Source: Terriglobia bacterium (GTDB taxonomy: Bacteria > Acidobacteriota > Terriglobia > Acidiferrales > UBA7541). Taken from it: 64,000 nucleotides of DNA. The DNA lies in NCBI GenBank assembly GCA_963695545.1, contig OY968796.1, positions 3,328,001-3,392,000 of the forward strand. Reading direction: 5' to 3'. Position numbers and translations under genes: made by a program. Under the pieces are notes generated by a model. That model was not told the origin of the DNA and did not search any database. It saw only the letters and a list, made by a program, of their open reading frames with translations. This document shows positions 1 to 10,875 of the stretch, piece after piece; position 1 is the first letter of the stretch, and every line of letters starts with the position of its first letter.

Positions 1-1134
1 TTCGGCACGCCGGCGGCGGCGCCGATCGCATTGAATGTGACGTTTATTTTGTTCTCGATGAGTTTTCTGCTGAAACGATTTCACAGTCCGGCGGAGGCGC
101 TGGCGGCGAGCGTGCTGGTCGGGGGGATCGTGCAGTTTCTGATGCAATTGCCGCAGGCGGTGCGGCTGGGGATGCGCTTTGAATTCGGGATATCGTTTCG
201 CGATCCGGGCGTGCTGCGCGTGGCGAAGCTGATGGTGCCGGCGTTTTTCGGGGTGGGGATCGCGCACATCACGGTGCTGGTGGGGACATTGTTTGCGACG
301 GACCGGCGCATGCCGGTGGGCAGCCTGACTTCGCTGTACGTGAGCGATCGGATCATGGAACTGGTGCTGGGCGTGTACGCGCTGGCGGTGGCTACGGCGA
401 TTTTGCCGATGATGTCGCGGCAGGCGGCGCTGCAGGACGTTGGCGGATTGAAGTCGACGCTGATGTTCGCGCTGCGGATCGTGTCGTTTATTACGGTGCC
501 GGCGGCGGTGGGGTTGGTGGTGCTGCGCGAGCCGATCGTGCAAATTCTTTTCGAGCACGGGAAGTTCGGAGCGGAATCGGTGCGGCTGACGGCGCGTGCG
601 CTGCTCTATTTCGCGCTGGGGCTGCCGGTTTTTTCGGCCGTGAAATTGATCGTGGCGGCGTTCTATTCGACGCAGGACACGAGGACGCCGGTGCTCACGG
701 CGTCGGCGGCGCTGGCGGCGAATCTGGCGCTGAACGTGATATTTGTGGCGTGGTGCTTGCGTACGTTGCAGAATGGGGCTCCGGCGCTGGCGGCAGTGCT
801 GGCCACCTATCTGAATTTTGCGCTGCTGTTCGCGCTGTTGCGATGGAAGATGGGGCCGCTCGGAGCGCGCGCGGTGGCGGCGTCGATCGGGAAGGCGAGC
901 TTTTGCGCGGCGGTGATGGGCGTGGCGTGTGCAGCGGTATTGCGAGCCGTGCACTTTAATTCCATCGTATACTTCCTGCCTCGTTTGGGAGTGTTTCTGG
1001 CGTTGCTTGCGGGCGGCACTGCGGTATATTTTGGTCTGGCACGAATTTTACGGTGCCGGGAACTGGGCGAGCTCTACGGATTGATTTCTCGTTCGGAGCA
1101 TGGCGCGGCTGCGGCATCGAGCCCGTTGGCATGA
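1..1134 (+). CDS. murJ: Lipid II flippase MurJ/MviN, 5'-truncated by the window edge
   Basis: Polytopic membrane ORF open from position 1 with MviN-like segments (LYVSDRIMELVLGV, AAFYSTQDTRTPV). Confidence 0.9.
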   Translation, partial: FGTPAAAPIALNVTFILFSMSFLLKRFHSPAEALAASVLVGGIVQFLMQLPQAVRLGMRFEFGISFRDPGVLRVAKLMVPAFFGVGIAHITVLVGTLFATDRRMPVGSLTSLYVSDRIMELVLGVYALAVATAILPMMSRQAALQDVGGLKSTLMFALRIVSFITVPAAVGLVVLREPIVQILFEHGKFGAESVRLTARALLYFALGLPVFSAVKLIVAAFYSTQDTRTPVLTASAALAANLALNVIFVAWCLRTLQNGAPALAAVLATYLNFALLFALLRWKMGPLGARAVAASIGKASFCAAVMGVACAAVLRAVHFNSIVYFLPRLGVFLALLAGGTAVYFGLARILRCRELGELYGLISRSEHGAAAASSPLA

Positions 1135-1143
1135 GGAATTCGC

Positions 1144-2040
1144 GTGGAAAGTCTTGCGGCTTCATTTCTGAATTATTTGCAAGTGGAGAAAGGGTTATCG
1201 GCAAACACCATCGGCGGCTACGGGCGGGACCTGCAGAGCTTCGCGGCATTTCTGGAGAAGCGCCGCGTACGGGCGCCCGCGGTGCAGCGCGACGACGTGG
1301 TGGATTATCTCGGCTCGCTCTACCGGCGGAATATGGACAGCCGGTCGGTGGCGCGGCATCTGGTGACGCTGCGCGGATTTTATCGTTTTCTGCTGATCGA
1401 GGATTTGATCAAGTCGGATCCGACGCTGACGCTGGAATCGCCCAAAGTGCGGCGGCGGTTGCCGACATTCTTGCGCGTGGCGGAAGTGGAAAAGCTGCTC
1501 GCGCTGCCCGATCTTTCAACGCTGATCGGCGTGCGCGATCGCGCGATGATCGAGGTGCTCTATTCGAGCGGGCTGCGCGTCTCCGAGCTGATCGGGCTGC
1601 GCGTGAGCGATCTGGACATGCGGACGGGCTCGCTGCGCTGCGTGGGCAAGGGCGACAAAGAGCGCCTGGTGCCCATGGGGCGGCGGGCCATGGCGGCGGT
1701 GGAGCAGTATCTGGCGAGCGCGCGGCCGCTGCTGATGCGCGCGCGCAGGATTCAGGCGCCCGTGCCATTTTTGTTTCTGAATCATCGCGGCGGGAAGCTC
1801 ACACGCTGCGGCGTTTGGAAAGTGCTGGGGGCTTATGGGCGCAAGGCGGGATTGCGTGTGCCGCTGACGCCGCACAAATTGCGGCACAGCTTTGCGACAC
1901 ATTTGCTCGAAGGGGGCGCGGATCTGCGATCGGTGCAATTGATGCTGGGTCACGCGGATATTTCTACGACGCAGATTTATACGCACGTTGTGGAAGAACG
2001 GCTGAAGGCGGTTTACAAGGCGCATCACCCGCGCGCGTAA
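1144..2040 (+). CDS. xerD: Site-specific tyrosine recombinase XerD
   Basis: 298 aa; LYSSGLRVSEL, GKGDKERLVP, HKLRHSFATHLL, LGHADISTTQIYTHV, ends HHPRA. Confidence 0.93.
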   Translation: MESLAASFLNYLQVEKGLSANTIGGYGRDLQSFAAFLEKRRVRAPAVQRDDVVDYLGSLYRRNMDSRSVARHLVTLRGFYRFLLIEDLIKSDPTLTLESPKVRRRLPTFLRVAEVEKLLALPDLSTLIGVRDRAMIEVLYSSGLRVSELIGLRVSDLDMRTGSLRCVGKGDKERLVPMGRRAMAAVEQYLASARPLLMRARRIQAPVPFLFLNHRGGKLTRCGVWKVLGAYGRKAGLRVPLTPHKLRHSFATHLLEGGADLRSVQLMLGHADISTTQIYTHVVEERLKAVYKAHHPRA

Positions 2041-2172
2041 GCGCGCGCGGAGAAACGCTCGCGAATAACAGAAGCGGTGCACCTGACGGACGTCGCGTCA
2101 GCCGGCCCCGATGGAGATGCGGCCCGCGACCATTTGGACTTCGATCGCCGGGCCCCGAGGAAAAACAAACGT

Positions 2173-3738
2173 ATGCCTGATTACATGTTCTTGCTCGAAA
2201 GCCGCCTTTCGGCCGAGCAGCGCGCGGCTGTGCAGCGAATGCAGGAGCTGGCCGTCGCGACCGAATCAAATCTTTATCTGACCGGCGGCGCGGTGCGCGA
2301 TCTGATTTCGGGAATGCCGATTCGCGATCTCGATTTTGTGACCGAAGGAAATCCTTCGCGGCTGGCGCATGAACTCGAGAAGGGCGGGGCGCGCATCGTG
2401 CATGAGGACGAGCGTCTGCGAACGCTGGATCTGGATCTGGCCGGCGACGTGGAGGCGAGTTTGTCGGCGGCGCGCGATGAAGTCTATGCGCGGCCGGGGG
2501 CGAAGCCGGAAACGCGCTGGTCGACGGTGATGGAGGATTTGCGGCGGCGCGATTTTTCGCTGAACGCGATTGCTATTTCGCTGAATGTGGCGTCGCGCGG
2601 TCTGCTGCTCGATCCGACCAACGGGCTGGCGGATCTCGAACGGCGCGAGGTGCGCGCGCTTTCGATTCACAGCTTCACGAATCAGCCGGTGCGCTTGCTG
2701 CGCGCGGTGCGTTATGCGGCGCGCATGGGATTCAAGATCGAGCAGCGGACCAGCGAATGGATGGCGCTGGCGTTCGAGCGCGGAATGGACAAATCGATTC
2801 CGGCGGAGGACGCGGGCGCGGAGCTGTGGGACGTCGCGCGGGAGGAAAAGCCGGCGGTGATTCTGAAAGCGTGGGAAGCGCGGGGATTGCTCGCCGCGAT
2901 TCATCCGCAACTCGCGCGACGCCATCCGGACTACGAAGCGATTACGCGGATTCTGCGCGCGCGGGAAGAATTGCTTTCGGCGGGGCTGCGGCCGCGGCTT
3001 GTGGTGCCGGTGCTCCGAGCGGTGCTCGGGCGGTTGAAAGATCGGGAGCGGCGCGCGCTGCTGGTGCGGTTGGGATTCCGCGCGAAGGTCATCGAGGCCG
3101 TGACGGGCCTTGAAGGCGAGGCCAACAAATTCGCGAAGCTGCTGGGGTCCCGCAAGACGGCGGTTCCCGCGGACGCGTATGCCGCGCTGGTCGATGCGCC
3201 GGAAGACATACTGGCTTTTATTCTGGCGGAATCAAACAACAAGAAGGCCGTGGGCAAGATCAAGAATTTCCTGCACAAGTGGCGTCCCTTGCGGCAAATG
3301 CTGCCGGGAGTGGAAAACGAACTCGCAGTGCTGGGCATGGCGCGCGGACCGAAGTTCGATAAGGTCATCAGGGAATTTTTTGCGCTGCAACTGGAAGGGC
3401 GCGCGCGCAAACCGGAAGAGCACGAGAAACTGTTGCGCAAACTGGCGGGCATAAAAGAGCCTCCGAAGAAGAAGGTCGAAAAGGAAAAAAGAAAGAAGCT
3501 GGTGGCGGATCTCTCGAAGCGCACGCCCTCGCAGAAAATCCCAGCGGCTTCTGAGACTGAGTCGCCCGCGAAGGCTGCCGCTGCCGCTCCGGCTGCGCCT
3601 CCCGCGAAGACTGCGGCGCGGCCTGCCGCGAAGAGCGCGTCGAAGTCAGCGCCGAAGACCAAGAAGGCGGCGGCCAAGAAGGCGCCTGCGAAGAAGAGCA
3701 GCAAGAAAACGAGCAAGAAAAAATCTCGGCGCCGCTAG
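2173..3738 (+). CDS. Class II nucleotidyltransferase (CCA-adding/poly(A) polymerase family) with a Lys/Ala-rich C-terminal tail
   Basis: GGAVRD, DLDF and DLRRRDFSLNAIA motifs; the EDxxR template motif reads NQPVR. Start placed at ATG 2173. Confidence 0.85.
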   Translation: MPDYMFLLESRLSAEQRAAVQRMQELAVATESNLYLTGGAVRDLISGMPIRDLDFVTEGNPSRLAHELEKGGARIVHEDERLRTLDLDLAGDVEASLSAARDEVYARPGAKPETRWSTVMEDLRRRDFSLNAIAISLNVASRGLLLDPTNGLADLERREVRALSIHSFTNQPVRLLRAVRYAARMGFKIEQRTSEWMALAFERGMDKSIPAEDAGAELWDVAREEKPAVILKAWEARGLLAAIHPQLARRHPDYEAITRILRAREELLSAGLRPRLVVPVLRAVLGRLKDRERRALLVRLGFRAKVIEAVTGLEGEANKFAKLLGSRKTAVPADAYAALVDAPEDILAFILAESNNKKAVGKIKNFLHKWRPLRQMLPGVENELAVLGMARGPKFDKVIREFFALQLEGRARKPEEHEKLLRKLAGIKEPPKKKVEKEKRKKLVADLSKRTPSQKIPAASETESPAKAAAAAPAAPPAKTAARPAAKSASKSAPKTKKAAAKKAPAKKSSKKTSKKKSRRR

Positions 3739-3794
3739 CCTAGCGCGAGAGCGCGGCTATCGCGGCAGTTCATTCCGAGTTAGAATGAGCCGAC

Positions 3795-6700
3795 ATGGCG
3801 GACCCGCGTTTCGTCCATCTTCATCTGCACACCGATTACAGCCTTCTCGACGGGGCTTGCGAAATAGGACAATTGGTTGAAGAGACCGCGCGGCGGAGCA
3901 TGCCTGCCGTGGCCGTCACCGATCACGGGAATTTGTTCGCCGCGGAGGCGTTCTATCACGCGGCCGTGACGCGCGGCGTGAAACCCATCATTGGCTGCGA
4001 AGTTTACGTGGCGCGCGGCAGCCGGCTCGATCGCGGCAATTCCGATTCGGGGCCGCGCGATGCCAACGCCGACGCCGGCGCGCGCGGCTCGAACCACTTG
4101 GTACTGCTTTGCGAAAACGACGAGGGTTATCACAATCTCGTGCAGCTGGTAACCGCGGGATTCCTCGAAGGTTTTTATTACAAGCCGCGCATTGACTACG
4201 ATCTGCTTGCAAAACACAGCAGCGGATTGATCGCGCTATCGGCCTGCTTGCGCGGCGCGGTCACCGAGCATGTGATGGACGAGCGCTACAAGGAAGCAGG
4301 CGAGGCCGCACATCGCTTGCAGGATATTTTCGGCAAAGGCCGCTTCTTCCTGGAGATTCAGGATCAGGGCATTGAAATCGAGAAGCGCGTGAATCGCGAC
4401 CTGGTGCGCCTCTCGCGCGAGACCGGCATTCCGCTGGTGGCCACGAACGATTGCCACTACCTGACGCAGGCCGATGCGCGCGCGCAAGAAGTGCTGCTCT
4501 GCATTCAGACCGGCAAGACCATGAGCGATCCGAAGCGCATGAAATTTGCGACGGATCAATTCTTTTTCAAGACGGCGCAGGAGATGGCGCAGGTTTTTGC
4601 CGAGCTTCCGGACGCGCTTGAGCGCACGGCGGAGATCGCCGACCGATGTCACGTAAAAATCGAGGCGGTGCGCAATCCGTTTCCCGCGTTCGAGGTTCCG
4701 GAGGGTCACACGCTCGATAGTTATTTCGAGCGCGTGGTGCGCGAGGGTTTTGCCGAGCGCGTGCCGCATCTGGAAGCGCTGGCGAGCGAAGGCCGGCTGC
4801 GCCGACCGCTGGTTGAGTACGAGCGGCGTCTCTCCGACGAAATCCAGATGATCAAGCAGATGCGCTACGCGGGATATTTCCTGATCGTGTGGGATTTCAT
4901 CCGCTACGCGCGGGCGCAGGGCGTGCCGGTGGGCCCGGGGCGCGGCTCGGCGGCGGGCAGCCTTGCGAGCTTCGCGCTGCGCATCACGGATGTCGATCCG
5001 CTGCTTTACGATTTGATTTTCGAGCGCTTCCTGAATCCGGAGCGTGTCTCGATGCCCGATATCGACATCGATTTTTGCATGCGGCGCCGCGGCGAAGTGA
5101 TCGAGTATGTGACGAACAAATACGGCCGCGGCAACGTCGCGCAGATCATCACCTTCGGCACGATGGCCGCGAAGGCCGCGATCAAGGACGTGGGGCGCGC
5201 GATGGACGTGCCGTACGGGGAAGTGGATCGCATCGCCAAGCTGGTCCCGAATCAGTTGAATATCGAGCTTGAGGATGCGCTTTCGCAATCCTCGCAATTG
5301 CGCGCGGCGGTTGATTCAGACGAGCGCTACAAAGGGATGATGGAAATCGCACTGCGTCTCGAAGGGCTGGTGCGCCATCCTTCCACGCACGCAGCCGGCG
5401 TGGTGATCTCTCAGCAGCCGCTCACCGAAATTCTGCCGCTCTACAAGACGAATCGCGATGAAATCACCACGCAATATTCAATGGAGGGGCTGGAGCGGCT
5501 GGGCTTGCTGAAGATGGATTTTCTTGGGCTGACGACGCTCACCGTGCTCGACGATACGGTCAGGCTGATCCGCCAGAATCGCGGAGCGGAGGTCGCGCTC
5601 GACACGCTTCCGCTGGACGACGCGCCGACGTATCAACTTTTCGCGCGCGGCGATACCACTGCGATTTTTCAATTTGAATCGCACGGTATGCGCGACATTC
5701 TGCGGCGCTATCAACCGACGCGTTTGGAGGATTTGACCGCGCTCAATGCGCTCTATCGCCCGGGCCCGATTCAGGGTGGGATGATCGACGATTTCATCTC
5801 GCGAAAACACGGCAAGAAGAAAGTCACCTACGATTTGCCCGAGCTCAAGGAAATTCTGGAAGAGACTTACGGCGTGATGCTGTATCAGGAGCAGGTGATG
5901 CGCATCGCCAGCCGCCTTGCGGGCTTCACGCTCGGGGAAGCCGATCTTCTGCGCCGCGCGATGGGCAAGAAAAAGCGCGAGGAAATGGCCGCGCAACGCG
6001 AGAAGTTTATCGCCGGGTGCGCCGCGAACAAGATTGCGTCGAAAAAAGCCGAACGCATTTTCGATCTGATGGCGGAATTCGCCGGCTACGGCTTCAACAA
6101 ATCCCATTCGTGCGCGTATGCGCTGCTGGCCTATCAGACGGCCTACTTGAAGACGCACTATCCAGTCGAGTTCATGACCGCGCTGCTGACCTCGGAAACG
6201 GGCAACACGGAAAAAGTGGTGAAGTACATCCACGAATCGCGCGGCATGGGAATCACCGTAATGCCGCCGGACGTGAATTCAAGCGACCTTGATTTTACGC
6301 CCGTGGGCGACGCGATTCGCTTCGGGTTGCGCGCCATCAAGAATGTCGGCGAAAACACGGTGCGCGGAATTCTGGAAGCGCGCGCGGAGCTCGGGCGATT
6401 CACTTCGCTTTTCCAATTCACCGATGCGGTGGATTCGCGGCTGCTGAATCGGCGCGTGCTTGAAAGCCTGATCAAATCCGGCGCGCTCGATTCACTGGGC
6501 AATCCGCGCGCGCAGATGTTCGCCGCGATCGATCGCGCCATGGAGCGCGGGCAGCGGCGCCAACGCGATCGGACGAGCGGCCAGAGTGGGCTTTTCGGCG
6601 CAGCAGCTGCAGCCGCGGCGCCGGCGGAAGAACCGCTGCCCGACGCCGAGGAATGGGCGGAGCACGAATTGCTGGCCTCGGAATTCGCGACGCTTGGTTT

Positions 6701-7298
6701 TTACATATCGGGGCATCCGCTCGCGAAGCATGCGGGCCGCCTGAAGGATTTGGGCGTGACCGATCTCTCGCTGCTGGAAGGACGCCGCAACGGCGAAGAG
6801 ATCACCGTGGCCGGGATCGTGGTGAGCACGCGGCCGATGCGCTCGCGCAAAGGCGATCGCTGGGCGATCGTTAGTTTGCAGGACATGACGGCGGCCGCTG
6901 AAGTTCTGGCATTCCCGGAAGCGTATGCGCGACTCGAAGCCACGCTTAAATCAAATGGGCCGCTGGTGCTCAAGGCGCGCGTAAACGTGGAAGAAGTCGG
7001 CACGCGACTGGTGGTTATGGAGGCGCGAGTGCTTGAGGGCGCGCCGGGCGGTGTGCGGGCGCTGCGCGTGCGCGTGAATTTGGCGGGGGGCATGGACGAA
7101 TTCACGCTCGACCGTTTGCAAGAGCTGTTCGTCGCGAAGCCTGGGCAGTGCCCGGTGGTGTTCGATCTGCTTTCGGCCGACGGTTCGGCCGCAACGCTGC
7201 GCGCGCAGCAGCGCGTTCGCGTGGACGAAGATCTGCTGGTGGCCGTGCGCGCGATGTGCGGCGCAGATGCCGTCGAGCTCGATCGGAGCGCGACGTAA
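3795..7298 (+). CDS. dnaE: DNA polymerase III alpha subunit
   Basis: 1167 aa; PHP domain ([13 protein letters not shown]), [24 protein letters not shown]-terminal OB fold. Confidence 0.98.
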   Translation: MADPRFVHLHLHTDYSLLDGACEIGQLVEETARRSMPAVAVTDHGNLFAAEAFYHAAVTRGVKPIIGCEVYVARGSRLDRGNSDSGPRDANADAGARGSNHLVLLCENDEGYHNLVQLVTAGFLEGFYYKPRIDYDLLAKHSSGLIALSACLRGAVTEHVMDERYKEAGEAAHRLQDIFGKGRFFLEIQDQGIEIEKRVNRDLVRLSRETGIPLVATNDCHYLTQADARAQEVLLCIQTGKTMSDPKRMKFATDQFFFKTAQEMAQVFAELPDALERTAEIADRCHVKIEAVRNPFPAFEVPEGHTLDSYFERVVREGFAERVPHLEALASEGRLRRPLVEYERRLSDEIQMIKQMRYAGYFLIVWDFIRYARAQGVPVGPGRGSAAGSLASFALRITDVDPLLYDLIFERFLNPERVSMPDIDIDFCMRRRGEVIEYVTNKYGRGNVAQIITFGTMAAKAAIKDVGRAMDVPYGEVDRIAKLVPNQLNIELEDALSQSSQLRAAVDSDERYKGMMEIALRLEGLVRHPSTHAAGVVISQQPLTEILPLYKTNRDEITTQYSMEGLERLGLLKMDFLGLTTLTVLDDTVRLIRQNRGAEVALDTLPLDDAPTYQLFARGDTTAIFQFESHGMRDILRRYQPTRLEDLTALNALYRPGPIQGGMIDDFISRKHGKKKVTYDLPELKEILEETYGVMLYQEQVMRIASRLAGFTLGEADLLRRAMGKKKREEMAAQREKFIAGCAANKIASKKAERIFDLMAEFAGYGFNKSHSCAYALLAYQTAYLKTHYPVEFMTALLTSETGNTEKVVKYIHESRGMGITVMPPDVNSSDLDFTPVGDAIRFGLRAIKNVGENTVRGILEARAELGRFTSLFQFTDAVDSRLLNRRVLESLIKSGALDSLGNPRAQMFAAIDRAMERGQRRQRDRTSGQSGLFGAAAAAAAPAEEPLPDAEEWAEHELLASEFATLGFYISGHPLAKHAGRLKDLGVTDLSLLEGRRNGEEITVAGIVVSTRPMRSRKGDRWAIVSLQDMTAAAEVLAFPEAYARLEATLKSNGPLVLKARVNVEEVGTRLVVMEARVLEGAPGGVRALRVRVNLAGGMDEFTLDRLQELFVAKPGQCPVVFDLLSADGSAATLRAQQRVRVDEDLLVAVRAMCGADAVELDRSAT

Positions 7299-8254
7299 TG
7301 GCGCGCGATCACAAGCGCGAGATGGAGAAGCTCGAGCGCGAGGTGCAGAAGCTTCGCCGTCTGGCCGCGCACGAATTGCCGGAGCGCGAAGAGGACCTCG
7401 AGCGGCTGCGCGAGGAAGTGACCGCGCTGCGCCGCGAGTTTCACGATCACATGAGCGCATGGCAGCGCGTGCAACTGGCGCGCCACGCGCAGCGGCCTTA
7501 CATGCTCGATTACGTTCGGCTGCTCTTCGAGGATTTCAACGAAATGCACGGCGATCGCTCGTTCGGCGACGATCCCGCGCTGATCGGCGGCTGGGCGAAA
7601 TTCCGCGGACGGCCGGTGATGTTGATCGGCCAGCAAAAAGGGCGCGACACAAAGCAGCGCGTCGCGCGCAATTTCGGGCAGGTCAAGCCCGAGGGCTATC
7701 GCAAAGCCCTGCGCTTGATGCAGCTCGCCGCGAAATTCAATCGTCCGATCTTCACGTTCGTGGATACGCCGGGCGCTTATCCGGGCGTTGATGCCGAGGA
7801 GCGCGGCCAGGCGGAAGCCATTGCGCGCGTTCTGCGAGAAATGGCGCGGCTGCCCGTGCCCATCGTGGTGATCATCACGGGCGAAGGCGGATCGGGCGGC
7901 GCGCTGGCCATCGCCGTGGGCGACCGCGTACTGATTCTCGAGAACGCGATTTACTCCGTGATTTCGCCCGAAGGATGCGCTTCGATTCTGTGGCGCGACG
8001 CTGGGAAAGCGGAGATTGCCGCCGAGGCGCTCAAGATCACGGCGCCGGAACTGATCGAGCTCGGGTTGGTGGATCGCATCGTTCGCGAGCCCGATGGCGG
8101 CGCGCATTTGGATCACGAAGCCGCGGCTGCTCTCCTGGCTCCCGTGCTCGAAGGGTCGCTCGGCGAGCTGTCTTCGCTCAGCACCGCCGATCTTCTCGCG
8201 CAGCGCTACGAAAAATTCCGGCACATGGGACAATTCTTCGCTCCTACCGATTAG
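7298..8254 (+). CDS. accA: Acetyl-CoA carboxylase carboxyltransferase alpha subunit
   Basis: [37 protein letters not shown] coupling to dnaE. Confidence 0.97.
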   Translation: MARDHKREMEKLEREVQKLRRLAAHELPEREEDLERLREEVTALRREFHDHMSAWQRVQLARHAQRPYMLDYVRLLFEDFNEMHGDRSFGDDPALIGGWAKFRGRPVMLIGQQKGRDTKQRVARNFGQVKPEGYRKALRLMQLAAKFNRPIFTFVDTPGAYPGVDAEERGQAEAIARVLREMARLPVPIVVIITGEGGSGGALAIAVGDRVLILENAIYSVISPEGCASILWRDAGKAEIAAEALKITAPELIELGLVDRIVREPDGGAHLDHEAAAALLAPVLEGSLGELSSLSTADLLAQRYEKFRHMGQFFAPTD

Positions 8255-8266
8255 TGAGAGGCGGCC

Positions 8267-8770
8267 ATGTTTTGCGATGGATGCGGTGCCGCAATGTCCG
8301 CAGAGCAGACATTCTGCGGCGCGTGCGGTAAGCAAATCGGGATCGCGCCGAATCCGGCTGTGCCGCCGCCCGCCGCAATTGACGGCCGTGTCGCAAAGCA
8401 CCTAACGATCGTCGCAATGCTTTGGATCGCGATCGCGTCCCTGACGCTGCTGATTGGTCTCGGCCTCTGCGCCGTAGGTGCGTTCCCGTTCGGCCGTTTC
8501 ATTCCCGAAGACGCCGCGCCGGGCGTGGCCAACATCATCCACTTTGTTCTCCTCGGGATCGGCGTAGTTGTTGTGCTGATCGCGGGCGTGCACTTTCTCG
8601 CTGCGTGGGGACTGTTTCGTCACGCAGAGTGGGCGCGCGTCCTGACGATTGCGTTCGCGTTCCTCCGTCTGCTTGAGTTTCCGCTTGGGACCGCTCTCGG
8701 GATTTACACCATTTGGGTTCTGATGGGCCCTGCCTCCGAAAAAGAATACCGCGCGCTCGGCCCGGCTTGA
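8267..8770 (+). CDS. Zinc-ribbon membrane protein
   Basis: N-terminal MFCDGCG...FCGACG followed by about four hydrophobic helices. Confidence 0.75.
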   Translation: MFCDGCGAAMSAEQTFCGACGKQIGIAPNPAVPPPAAIDGRVAKHLTIVAMLWIAIASLTLLIGLGLCAVGAFPFGRFIPEDAAPGVANIIHFVLLGIGVVVVLIAGVHFLAAWGLFRHAEWARVLTIAFAFLRLLEFPLGTALGIYTIWVLMGPASEKEYRALGPA

Positions 8771-8945
8771 GCGATCTCGAAGGCGCGACAGCGCTCGTCG
8801 ACAATTGCCATTCGCCACGCGTTTCTTCATGTTGAAATTGCCGGGTTGCGGCATTGTCCGATTGGCGTCACCGTCTCCCGCGGTCGTTGTTGCGCGTGCG
8901 CGTGTGCCGTAGCCTTATTCTTTGCGACGTGGGGAGCGCCTCTCA

Positions 8946-9320
8946 GTGCCGACCGACGATAAGTCCGGAAAAGTCCACGACGACAAGGACGGCCACGGCG
9001 AAGTCTTTCGCCACTTTGAGCGTCTGGTTGAGATCAAGGTGCTCGGCAAGACCTTCAGCGTCCCCGAGAAAAATACTCTTCTGCGGGGGTTCCAGTACCT
9101 TAGCCCGGAGACCATCCCGTACGGGCGTTTCTGTTGGAACCAGGAGTGCCAATATTGCCGGGTGGTTGCGAAGCTGCCCGACGACCTGGATGCACACGAG
9201 ATGCTAAGCTGTAAGTTCCTCGTGTTCAGCGGTTTAGAGGTTGTGGACGTGAGCGACGAACTCAGGCTATGCCTCCGCGCGCTGCTCCCGCCCAAGCGGC
9301 GGGGGGCCCGGGGGAAATAG
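8946..9320 (+). CDS. Small 2Fe-2S ferredoxin-like protein
   Basis: CWNQECQYC plus distal LSC; GGGGAG upstream of GTG 8946. Confidence 0.6.
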   Translation: MPTDDKSGKVHDDKDGHGEVFRHFERLVEIKVLGKTFSVPEKNTLLRGFQYLSPETIPYGRFCWNQECQYCRVVAKLPDDLDAHEMLSCKFLVFSGLEVVDVSDELRLCLRALLPPKRRGARGK

Positions 9321-9592
9321 GAACGGACATACGGTAATCGTTTACGCCTGGTCGTGCTCGGGCGGCCAGCCAATAAAATATCGGAATTTTTCATCGAAAA
9401 TCTCAGTTAGTGGTATTATAGCTTTGAGCGGGAGGCATGTTTGATCGCTCTCCGACCGCAACCTTTGTGAGGGCGGCGGGTTGGAATATCTTGTAGCGGT
9501 GAAGAGTTTAGCGAGTTTAAAAGAAGCAGCAAGTTTGCCGGTGCTCGGGCGCACCCTACCACCCCGGAGCCTCCTTACGCCCAGTGCCGGCA

Positions 9593-9633
9593 GAAAGGGC
9601 GTCTCAAGCGATTGGGACGCCCTTTTCCTTTTC
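9593..9633 (+). terminator. Intrinsic terminator
   Basis: AAAGGGCGTC...GACGCCCTTT hairpin followed by TCCTTTTC. Confidence 0.7.
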
Positions 9634-9720
9634 GCGTAGCCGCACGCTGAGTCGCAGATGGGCGCTTAGGCGCTGCGCCTTGCGCCGAATGTCCGCAACG
9701 GATACGATTTCCGCTTCGTC

Positions 9721-10317
9721 GTGAGCACCTCACCACAACCGATTTTTTGCGATGGCTGCGGACTCGCCGCGTCGCCCACGCACATTCGCGAGCGTTTGGC
9801 GCGTCTCGAGGTTGCCACGCGCTATCGGCCGATTCACATTTCAGTTTTGTTCGTGGATGTGTCGCCCGACGCGGGCCTGGATTTCTATGACGTATCTTCT
9901 CGGCCGGCTGGCGCCCGCGAAATCTTGCTCGATGCTCTGGGAATTGCGGTGCCGAGCGAAACGAGCGGCGCATCGCACGCGAGTGCGATCGAATTGCGAT
10001 TGACGGAATTCCAGCGCCGCGGATTTTTCTTCGCCTCAGTGTCGGAATGCCCCTTGGCCATTGTCTCCGCTGCGCAAATTATCGACCGGCTCGGATCGAC
10101 ACTTTTGAAGCGTGTGCAATTTTCTTACAGGCCAAAATCCGTGGTCCTGCTTTCCGGCGCGCTCTCGCCGCTCGTGCCGATGCTCGCCCGCGCGGGGCAG
10201 GGAATTCGCGTGATTCCCGACGGCGCTCCCATTGCTTGGCCGCGCCCCGGTGACAGTGCGGGTGAGCTGGCCTTCCGTGCAGCTTGCGCGCGCATTGCTG
10301 AGACCGCGCGAACCTGA
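9721..10317 (+). CDS. Hypothetical protein with N-terminal CxxC
   Basis: 198-aa ORF with protein-like composition; FCDGCG near the N-terminus; no family recognised. Confidence 0.65.
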   Translation: MSTSPQPIFCDGCGLAASPTHIRERLARLEVATRYRPIHISVLFVDVSPDAGLDFYDVSSRPAGAREILLDALGIAVPSETSGASHASAIELRLTEFQRRGFFFASVSECPLAIVSAAQIIDRLGSTLLKRVQFSYRPKSVVLLSGALSPLVPMLARAGQGIRVIPDGAPIAWPRPGDSAGELAFRAACARIAETART

Positions 10318-10371
10318 ATTTGCGCTTGGCGTGTGATAGAATCGCGCGTTGCGAGGGGATTTCGAGGTAAG

Positions 10372-10854
10372 TTGAAGCCCAAGTTCAAGTTCGCAGTCGG
10401 CGCGGGAATCATCGTGGCGGCGCTTTCGTGCCTTGCGTGGGTCGGCGCACGCGATAGCAAGACGTACTACCACACCATTTCCGAACTCTCCACACTTCAG
10501 GGATCGGCGCGCAACGCGCGCATTCGCGTGGGCGGCGATGTGGCTGCGGGATCGATCACACATCGCGATGGCGGCGTGGATTTCGTGCTCACCGAGCAAG
10601 GCCAAACGCTGCCGGTGAGCTACATCGGTTCGGACCCACTGCCCGACACATTTAAGGATGGGGCGCAATGCCTGGTCGAAGGGCACGAGACCTCCGATGG
10701 CCGTTTCATGGCCGAGACCATTCAGGCCAAGTGCGCGTCAAAATACGAAGCGGCGCCCGGCGGAGTTTTGCCGCCCGCCAATTCCGGCCAGCCTGCGGCG
10801 ACGGGGCAGCCGGCCGGCACGACCGCGGCGACACCGGGCTCCCCCGCGAGCTAG
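10372..10854 (+). CDS. ccmE: Cytochrome c maturation heme chaperone CcmE (CxxxY type)
   Basis: N-terminal TM, LPDTFKDG, AKCASKY; first gene of the ccm cluster. Confidence 0.92.
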   Translation: MKPKFKFAVGAGIIVAALSCLAWVGARDSKTYYHTISELSTLQGSARNARIRVGGDVAAGSITHRDGGVDFVLTEQGQTLPVSYIGSDPLPDTFKDGAQCLVEGHETSDGRFMAETIQAKCASKYEAAPGGVLPPANSGQPAATGQPAGTTAATPGSPAS

Positions 10855-10875
10855 AGTTTTAAACCGGAGATTTGC

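Noticed and set aside
1144..2040. Tyrosine recombinase as a prophage or island integrase
   Set aside because: Size, motifs and housekeeping context fit chromosomal XerD.
9437..9496. 19-aa small ORF after GGAGG
   Set aside because: The SD-like motif is only one base from the ATG; the region is better explained as structured RNA.
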